Shown: positions 54,781-64,000 of the stretch, one piece after another
Layout of the letters: each line of letters opens with the position of its first letter
Numbering within the stretch: the stretch's first letter is position 1
From: the human T2T-CHM13v2.0 reference genome, Homo sapiens
Reading direction: 5' to 3' (one strand)
Assembly (NCBI RefSeq): GCF_009914755.1
Contig: NC_060929.1
DNA: 64,000 nucleotides
Made by a program: the position numbers and the translations under genes
The notes under the pieces: model-generated
The model's database searches: none
What the model saw: the letters and a program-made list of their open reading frames with translations, nothing else
Told to the model about the DNA's origin: nothing

Positions 54781-56397
54781 TCAGGCTCCATACTAAAGGA
54801 GGAGGGTAGAGAGATGAGGGAGACGTGGCCCCTGCCTTGGGAGGTTTGTGGTTGAGTTGAGGAAGAGTGGAGAGGGAGAGGTGCACATGGCACATTCAGT
54901 AATCTCCCCATGTTTAGATTTCCTCCTCTTTATTCCTTCATCTACCCAGGCTCCTCTTCTTGGTACTTCCTAGCCTTCCTGCTTTAGAAAAAGGACAAAC
55001 TCATCCTATGAAAATGCTGGGCAATTATCTTGAGAGGTATTTTTATTTCCCAAGAAAATAATAGGCAAGGAAACGCTGAACCCATAAGAATGAATGAGAG
55101 CATTTCTGGCATAGTAACTTCTGGGCGAAGGTAAAACATTGCAACTGCTACCGATAACACAGCAAAAGATAAAATAAATTTGTTTTTTAAGCATATATAT
55201 ATATATGTGTACCTCATTGATTACATTTCTTAACATACATTGATTGCGTTTTCAAATACCTGCTAGAAAGGCCCAGGCATGCAGACTTAGCCAGCTGAAG
55301 CTGACAAGAGAGGGTCTTTGAAAGAGGCCTGCAAAAGAGAAATGTCTAGATGGAGAGAAAAGAAGGAAAATCCCAAGGGAAGTTTTATGTCAGCTCAAGA
55401 CCATATTCAAGGAGGCTTCAAGAGCAAAATGATACTTAAGGTCTTAGAAGAGAAGTGAATGGTCAAAAGGCAAAGGGTTGGTGACATGGAATTATGAACA
55501 AGACTCCTGGCCTGGTGCCCACACTCCACCACAGCCTGAGGACATGGACTTCTGCAAACCTGTGCTGGCCTCCTGCTCCCTTGCCAGGAAGGGAATGCCT
55601 CCAGCCTGGGCTAGCACCCAGAAGTTCATGTGCATGCTCCCTCTGAACCCACAGGGAGGCTCCTGGAGGTCTGACAGTCGCCGAATACTTCTAGGTTCCC
55701 AGCTCTCGTAGTGTCTTGTCATCAGCAAGTTCTACTTGCTACGTGTAAGGCAGGGGAGGGCGTTCTGGGGATAGTAAGTTAGCAATGCAGGTATTTCCTG
55801 TAAAGAGCCTCAGCCATGTGGATCAGTCTTTTGGGCATAATGTCCTGGTTATATTAGGACCCCAGGGACTCTTGGAGGAGCTCCTCAGGGTCCTTCTGTA
55901 TCTCTGATTTCTGCAGCACATCATTCACTGACTCACACATGCACATACACACACCCTAGCCCAAACCTCCTGGTGGGTGGAGATGAAGCCCACTGGCTGT
56001 GAAGCTGGCCGTCCTGAGACAACAAGTGGGCCATGCTCGGACTGGACGCCAACTTAGGCCTTGTGATAGCTTTGGCTTCTACTTTTTGCTTTAGCTTTGA
56101 TGTGCTCTGGGTTACACACTTGGCTAGTGAGCCCTGCTTTTGGGGGATGGTCACCCTCCCCTTTCTTCAGTGTAGCTTACGCATTAGTCCAGCTTAGGGA
56201 GGGGGAAAACCAGCTGATTCTCTGCCTGCTGCCTACACTGCCTTCAAGACCCAGACACAGGCTTTCCCTGCTGAGGCCAACAGCCCTTGGTGGTCACTGG
56301 CACTTTGGGTTAGGACCCAATAGTATGAAGCTTTCTTTCTTTCCTTTTTTTCTGAAGACTTGTCAATGGTCAAGGCACATCATACAAAGTTGTACTT

Positions 56398-56398
56398 A

Positions 56399-56429
<31 letters not shown>

Positions 56430-56437
56430 CAAAAAAC
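56398..56437. repeat. (AAAAC)n microsatellite
   Basis: aaaacaaaacaaaacaaaacaaaacaaaac. Confidence 0.9.
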
Positions 56438-59400
56438 CCTGAAGCACAAGTAACACACCACATAAGCATGCAATTTTCTTCACTATGGTTTTGCCCCAGC
56501 ATAGGAACGAGCCCCCAACTATCTGTGACATGAATGGTTCTGAGTTGAGAAGAGCTGGGAGCACACACAGCCTGGCTGCACCCAGAGGATGCCCCAGGAA
56601 ACCTGTCTGCTTCCTACCTCTGGTCCATTTGTGCCCTGCTGACTTTTTGAATTTTTGCCCTTCAGATCTCTACACAGTACAGGAACTTGCTGAAAGACCT
56701 CATGAAATATGACTGGTGAGATTCCATTCCTCTGACCCTCAGCAAGGATGGAGCTAAATGCACTGGGTGGAATTTACAACCTATAATTTTCTGTAACATT
56801 TTTCCTGGAGTGGGGAGATAGAGAAAGAAAAAAAAAAAGAAGAAGAAAAAAAGAAAGCTAAGAGAAGGAAATATAATTTCAATTCATTCATGATTTATCT
56901 ATTCCCTCCCTGTGGCTGCAGGGGAATTTTAACTCGGTTGCAAAATGGCCTGGTTGTGCAAGATGCCACATGCCATGGAACTGCAAACAGCATGCGCACG
57001 TTAACCTTTCCTTTGCTGGCTGCTTCCAGCCTTTCACCCTGCTGCTACCTGGCCTGACATTTTATAGATTTCAGCAACTGGGCAGGATATCACGGGCCTT
57101 CTGGAGCACACAGGTGGGTGGTACCTGGTATGCATAGACTCACCCCTTTCCCCGCACAAACAAAACTCTGTAGCCAATGTGAAACAGAATGTTTGAAATC
57201 TGTGTCCTTTCCACTTCTGCTGCTTTCTCCTTTATCCAATGCCTTTCCTTTGAAATGCTGTGAAGCCCTGAAGGGATGCGAGTGAGCTGTGAAGAGGAGC
57301 CTCTTAGAATTGTCAGTTTCATGTTAGCCAGCCAAGGCAGCGGGGCCAATCAAACGCTTCTCAGCTGCCTGTGTCATTTGCACTGATGGGCTCCACCTAC
57401 AAAGGAGTCGTCAGCATCTCAAGTCTGCATTGCCCCACTTGGTGTAACAAAGCCCTTCCCCATACATTTCCCCATTCAATCTGCTTCTGCCATTTAATCA
57501 AGCATTCTTTAACTTCCAGAAGAAAAGGGAACACAGTGACCTTGGAAGGAGTGGATGAGGCCATTAATCAATGGTCTCTGCATGTAAATGAGGAGCAGCC
57601 AATTCCTACAGCTGAGCATCAGATTCCAATTAGTGCACAAGACCGAGTCCGGGAGGAAGGGGTTAATGTCAAATGTCACCAGGCAGAAGAAACACAGGAA
57701 AATTCATTCCCATAGCCTGGCCTCCGACAAGCATCTATCTATCTATACGTTCAGCTGAACTTTCCTTTCCCATTCTGCGCAGTGAACAGTCATTGTTTAA
57801 AAATGTCATGATAATAATCAGCTTTTGCGGCAAAGATATGAAAAATGTATTTTAAGATCAAAAGGATGATATTGTCTTCCAGCAGATTACACATTCCGCC
57901 CACAGAAAAGGCTAATCTGATGTCCTCAGAGAGGAAATAGGTAAACATTTTCAACATTATCACCATCTGTGTTTCATTTCTTTGGGCCTGCTCAAGAAAA
58001 AAGTTATTTATGTATTAATAAAAAAGAATGATTTTGTCCTTCAGAAAATGGTAATGGCAGCCTTGAAATATCTGCCTTGGGTTTTACAATCCCAGCTGTG
58101 TATGCCCAGGAAGAAACAGGGATGCCATCAGCTCACCTCCTTGGGTAGTGAGCCTCCTTCCTCCCCGTTCTCTGTCTTCATCCCAAATTGAAGTTAGGTC
58201 TGGCATTGGCCAAGGCAGCATCTCATCCCATGTATTTCATGAGGAGAGAATAGGCTTCCTTAATGGGAATGCCAGAGAGGTGCCCTGGGGTTGGAATCCC
58301 CGTCCTTCTGCATCTGGCAAGCCACATGTCCTCTCTGGGCCTGGGTCCCATCTGTGGACTGGGGATGGCCTGGCCTCATGGGAATGCCCCCAGATGATGG
58401 GCAACTGTTTTCCAGTTACCAGGGCCTCACAGACACAAGCACTGGCATCACTGTTGTCTGTGGGAGTATTATCACCAAACACAAGGTGGGAGAGGAGGAG
58501 GGAAGGATTGAGTGCTGTAAAACCTGCAACCTTTTAGATTGTTTCAAGCGTTGGCTTGGACAGCCTCCTGTGAAGGCCCCATCACATCCTCCAGGAGCTC
58601 TGGAGCAGCAGGGGGTAGGGTGCACACACACCTGTTGTAGACGGGGACGGAGGAGAGGCGCAGCGGACATTAGACACCCCAGCTCCCATGGCCTCTGAAA
58701 GTCAGGCTGGTGCTGATGGATGGCTCAGACCTCTGCCTTAGAGGTATGGTGTCACTGCCCCCACCTCCAACAGACCCCACCTGCCTCTGGAAGCAGGAGG
58801 GCATGTGTGGGGCTGAAGGCTCTCGGGAAGCTTTCAGCCAGCAGTCTTCCAGAAACTGCAGAGATTCCACTGTTTTTCCCCATTTCCTTGGGCCTGAGAG
58901 GCTGAAGCAAAGGGCACATATGTTTATTCTGAGGCTAAAAACAAAGAGCAAAGCAAACCCACCGACAGTCCCCGAGAGTGCTTTCCCTTTCCACCACCCT
59001 GGGGTCCGTGCAGGGCAGCCCTTCCTCCAAAGCAGTGGAGAGGGAAGCCCCCATCAGCCACCACCCATGAAGAGTCTGCATGTGGAATTAATAGCATACC
59101 AAGAGTCACTCAGTATTTAGGACAATTAAATATGACGAGGATTAGATTTTTTTAATTCCAGGTTAAAAAAAACCCACTTATTTAGAACTTCAAGTGTCAA
59201 TATAAAATAATGTTTTTTTAAAAATTGTTTTGCTCTCAAAAATCTACCTTAGAGTTGAGTAAATTAAATATTCAATTAGCAGATATTATCAAACATCTGC
59301 AGAGGAGACTGTGGAGAATTAACAACAAAGCAAAACCAAACAGACAGTCCTTGTCCTCCAGCAGTTTGTAGTCTGAGGCAATGGGGTCACACAGGAGAGG

Positions 59401-59631
59401 AAAGAGGCTGTGGGGGCCAAGGCTACCTCTCTCATGGGAGAACAGGAGACCATAAGCGTCAACTCAGGGACGTGAAATGCTGTGGCGCTGAGTTTTGGGT
59501 TATCTTTGATGAACTCTGGCTTATCCACACTGGACTAGTGAGCTGTGTGTCTCACCACCCTCCCCTTTCCCTAGGCAAAGAATCATGCCACACTCTCCCC
59601 CTGCCCCTGTCATGGACACAGGGTCCTCCTT

Positions 59632-59995
59632 TGAGGTAGGAAAATAGGATCTGGAGGCAGGAAACACATGAGGCTGATTCACACTTCAGCTACGAAAGGA
59701 AATATCCTCCCCATAGGGTGTACGCCGAGTAAATGACTTTGTAACTTTACTTCATCCTCTTCATTTAAATAGGGTGTAAACCAAGTAACCAATGGAATCC
59801 TCTAGAGGGTATTTAAGCCCCCATAAATTCTGTAACGGGGCCCTTCAGGCCCTATGCTCAGGCCCGCTCCCACACTGTGGAGTGTACTTTCATTTTCAGT
59901 ACATCTCTGCTTATGTTACTTCATTCTTGCTTTGTGCGTTTTGTCCAATTCTTTGTTCAAGACACCGAGAACCTGGACACCCTCCACCGGTAACA
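59632..59995 (+). mobile_element. ERV1 solo LTR (MER61/MER51 group, MER61A-like)
   Basis: TG...CA termini (TGAGGTAGGAAAATAGG ... CCTCCACCGGTAACA) with a perfect 4-bp TSD CCTT at 59628-59631 and 59996-59999; internal ctcccacactgtggagtgtactttcattttc. Confidence 0.9.
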
Positions 59996-60389
59996 CCTTC
60001 CCCAGTGCTCTTTCCAAGGGCAGCAACCAAGCCACCGGGGGGATGACAGCGCCACCTAGTGTGCAGCTGTCTGTCCGCCATCTGATTTTGGGGTCCCCGC
60101 TCCTCCTTGCAGGGACCACACATTTTCTGCTCCTGGTCTTTTGCAGTTTCCAGCTCAGTTAGTTTCACCTTATCATTGCTTCTCGCATGAACACACATTT
60201 CTTTTCTTTCTGTCTATGAGCTCCAGGGCTCTATTCCTAGAGAAGCCTAATAGTCGCAAGCCTCATCTCCGTTTTAAGAAGTAACAGGGCATGTTTTATA
60301 GTGAAACTGAAAAAAAGTCGACTTTCCAGTGGGGCCCAACGCTACCTAGGGGATCTGATTGTCTCTTTGGAAACTTTCTACAGGGAGTA

Positions 60390-60530
60390 TTCACTGGGTC
60401 AGGGCAGGCCTGAATGCTAGTCACACTGCTGGCTGTGTGACTTTGGGCCAAACACCAAATTTCTCTGAGTCTCAGTTTCCTCGTTTGATAAACAAGGGCT
60501 TGAATTGAGCTCTGGCTCAAACGCCTTCCA
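60390..60530 (+). mobile_element. MIR SINE fragment
   Basis: ggctgtgtgactttgggccaaacaccaaatttctctgagtctcagtttcctcgtttgataaac. Confidence 0.7.
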
Positions 60531-61247
60531 ACTCTTGCATGCTCTGAGGCTAACTTCTCATCCTCTTTCAGTTAAATCTGTTTCCTTCAGGTTACGCCAA
60601 GCAAGAGAAAATAAAGGAACAATTTCCCTTTCAGTGCTACAATTTTTCTTATAACATTGGATTCCATGATATTAATTGTATGTATAAAGTAGTTTTTAGC
60701 AACATTGAAGGTTAAATAAAGTTTTGGACACTAGTGCAGAAGTCAAACCACATTCAGGAGAATACTCCTGTGGAAAAAAATGCATTTTTGTTTTCAAAGG
60801 TCTAGATGACTGCCTAATGCTAAACTGCTGGGAGCAAAACTCTCTTGTGAGTTGTGGACTGCTTGCACAAATCACTTACTCAAATTCCATCTGTCAATGT
60901 GGCTCTGATATTAAAATTGCCAATCTAAAGGGACAATACCCTAACTAGCATGGGTTTCAATCCACGACACAATATTGGGGCCTCCATCCATCCTCCCCTG
61001 TCATAACAGACTGATTACCTCCAGAAGTGGTTCTTCAAGAACAGGGTGACTGTCACATTTTTGGCATTTTGGCCTCTTGCAAGGGACTTAATTACATTTC
61101 TAGGTAGTTTACTGGAGCTTTAAACATTTTTCTGTTCCATATCCTAACTCTACAGTGCAATCTCCCAGTTTTAGTTCACCAATGTTTGTTGCTGTAAATC
61201 TGTCCTTGAAACATCCTGGGATGAATGCAAATTTGATTTTTACTCCC

Positions 61248-61275
61248 TAAACAAACAAACAAACAAACAAACAAA
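61248..61275. repeat. (AAAC)n microsatellite
   Basis: aaacaaacaaacaaacaaacaaacaaac. Confidence 0.9.
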
Positions 61276-62886
61276 CCCTCCGAATTAGCAAAGAAATTCT
61301 ACGGAAGTTACAAGCTAGGCTCTGTTGCTGACTGACTGGACATATCTGGGGCGCCCAATAAGATATTTTTCACTCCAGTGACCTTGGAGAAGGGTTGGAT
61401 GCTTCATCCTTATTCACTATTCTGCTATTCATATCAAAGCATTTTATACCATTTATATGATTTATCATGCCATTTGATCAGCCTGCGTAATAAGTCTCAT
61501 AAGTTATCTTCATTTGAGAACTTTACTCCCCCAACACATTTAAAAAGAAAAGACCGAGACCTAGGATGTTTAAATAAGAAAATAACTACACATTCTCACA
61601 ACCACACCTCAGAACCTCCTGGCTCTCAGCAAGGATGAGACAAGCTCTAGGCCTATGCAGGTTTAGAGGAAGAGTCCTGCCAAGCACAGGCCCTGCTGCC
61701 AGCCATGATATGAGAAGTAAACAATGGTCTCAGGCAGCAAGTGGGGGCCATCTGCTTTCAAAAACCATCTGACCTCACCTGAGTCCATCACAGACACTGT
61801 CCAAAGAAGGGGCATTGGGGAGAGAAAGGTAGACACAGATCTCAAGACCACGTCCTCACTGAGGCAAGAGAGCCACGACAACTGCTTCTGTGACATGCCC
61901 CGATGTCCCCTCTGGCCCCCCAGATGATGTCTTCTCAAACAGAAAGCTGGCCAGGTGCTCACACACAGGCTTGGCACTCATAGCCCTTGAGGGGCAGGGC
62001 CTGGGAGCTTGGTCCTCCCTCTCCCCACACCCTGGAGAATTCCTAGGAAATATGCCAAGCTCTGTGTCCCTTTGGTGCCAGGGCACATGCGTGCTCTTGT
62101 TCTCACTCCAAGATGTAGAAAACACCTTAATTATCTTTCAGCCCATTAACACTCAACTCTGTGGCCCAGAATTCAATTCAACTCAAGTGGACTCAAAGTA
62201 GCACATGTGGAGGATGCAGGGGTTGACTCTGGAGCCTCCACTTCACTCCTAACGATTAATCAAAGACACTCCTGAAATCCCACTTCCATGACAACGATTG
62301 GTTCGGGAAGGAGCCGGTAGACTACCCTGGCCAGTGAAATGTGAGGAGTGCTAAGAAGGATTCTGAAGAGATAGTCTTTTTCCTTGGATGTGGGTCTGTG
62401 AGTGACTCTGCAGGGTCCAGCTGGAAGGCTAAGCTGGCCCACGAAGGATGATAGAGTGGAAGGAAGCCGGCGCTTGATACTGATGATGGTTCTGAGCCTG
62501 GGGCCTGCCCTATTCATGGACTTGGCAATGTGTAAAAATAATTTTCCCTACTATTTGAGCCAGTTTGGGGCTTTCTGTAACCTAGAGAGCAGGTGACCTG
62601 ACACCACACTCAGTTTCTGAGCTGCGCCTGGGCCAAGGTCTCAGAGATGGGAGACTTTGTGCTCCTGGAGTTCGCAAGCAACCAGAGTCTGGCTTCATCT
62701 TCCTTCCAAAGCCTGGCTGAGGAATGCCGTGCGAGGCAGGAAGTCTCTTCTAGGTCTCAGGGATTTGACCATCTTTACTATGCATGAAGCACCAGCAAGC
62801 AATCACGGCAGGCCCAAGGCCACGCCAGCATCCTTAGTGACTGTGTGTCAGGCCTCACAGACACTCCCTGTCCTATGAGTACCTGG

Positions 62887-63180
62887 TGACAGAGATTTGA
62901 ACAAATTTTAGTCAGGCTTTTTTGAGCCCTCTGCTTTGCAGGGCCTAATCCTTGGTCTACTGGGCCCAGTTTTAGCAAAGAATCCTGAGAAGCCAATTTA
63001 TCCAGGATCCTCCACTCTTGATATCCAATCAAGTGTCTCTTCCTCCACCTAGAAGTCTAATCAAGTTCCCCACCCCCTACACCAAACTAAGCCCTCTTGG
63101 TAATTTTCCATCCTTTCCCTTACTCCACCAGCTGTAAATCCCTACCTGTCCCTGTCGTATTTGGACTTGAGTTCAACCAA
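62887..63180 (+). mobile_element. ERV1 LTR fragment (MER31-like)
   Basis: TGACAGAGA...aaattttagtcaggct..tgagccctc...gcccagttttagcaaagaatcctg...cttgatatccaatcaa. Confidence 0.7.
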
Positions 63181-64000
63181 GTGTTAGAGCAATTTCTCTT
63201 CACCACTGGCCATCCATTTTCCCCTTGTACCTGTGCTTTGTGTTTCTTCTCTGGGGTGCAAACCCAGACAGCAAGGCAGGGGAAATGGTCTGTTCCCTAA
63301 AGCACACTCTCCTCCCTCATCTTTTCCTGGCTTCTCAACCTCCTAGGACAAATTTCTTACATAATCAGAGGACTGGGTTTTTCATACAGCTATGAAGATT
63401 AAAGTACAATATCCTGTGTCAAGGAGTTTGACTTTAATATATCCTGGCATAGATGACTGATAGCCTTTCCTGAGAGCAAATGAGGAGAGAGAACGAATAC
63501 AAGTGACTGCATGAATGAATCAATTACTAAATGAAGGTGCTGAGCACCTGAAGGCAGGCTGGAGAATAGGAAGGACCAGCAAAGTTAGGTGGAGGCTGGG
63601 GAAGCCAAGGACTGGCTTCTTCACTGGCATTACAAATTTGGTGCAGAGCAGTTCCAAGCCTTCTTGCCAAACTATTCTTCCATGTCAGTATCGATTCATT
63701 GTTTTGAATTCAGTCTCAATCACCTCCCAAGGTGACAGTCCCTGAACCTGGAGTGTGTACTCACTGACATATCACAACTGTGATGGATCAACCGTCTCAC
63801 GTCTCAAGGTGCCCTTGGATGTTCCACCTAGAAGCTCTGCTTCTGAGATGACACTTACACTAAGCAGTGTTGGGGCCGCCCCTCCCCGTCTGCACAAGAC
63901 ATCTGTAGCCCAGCCCTGCCTTTGCTCTATCTGAGCGCAAATCCACCAGGCCAGGTGCGGCAGTGGAGGTGCCCAGAAGAGCCCAAGTTACTAACTTGAA

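Noticed and set aside
59700-59790. p53 response element, known from some MER61 subfamilies
   Set aside because: No RRRCWWGYYY pair is visible in this copy (AGGGTGTACGCC, AGGGTGTAAACC).

Overview
This is vertebrate (human/primate) genomic DNA, not prokaryotic. The window lies inside the FSTL4 (follistatin-like 4) gene, which is transcribed on the minus strand. It contains one real coding exon (453-701, 249 nt, phase 1-1), encoding the whole 10-cysteine follistatin (FOLN+Kazal) module. The rest (702-64000) is a single large upstream intron. The intron hosts the MIR1289-2 hairpin (27311-27421, minus strand), which sits in a palindromic MER5-type DNA transposon. It also carries six Alus, a nested L1 block (~11.3-20.1 kb), several L2 and MIR copies, four LTR relics (MLT1, LTR33, MER61 and MER31-like), hAT DNA transposons (MER45, MER63, MER103 and MER5-like), a 43-bp minisatellite, and several motif-dense unique segments that may be enhancers or CTCF sites. 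Almost all other ORFs in the six-frame track are chance or repeat-derived. I found no convincing new protein-coding system; the interesting leads are regulatory or RNA-level. Gene and repeat names come from recall of consensus sequences, not from a database search, and boundaries of old repeats are approximate.
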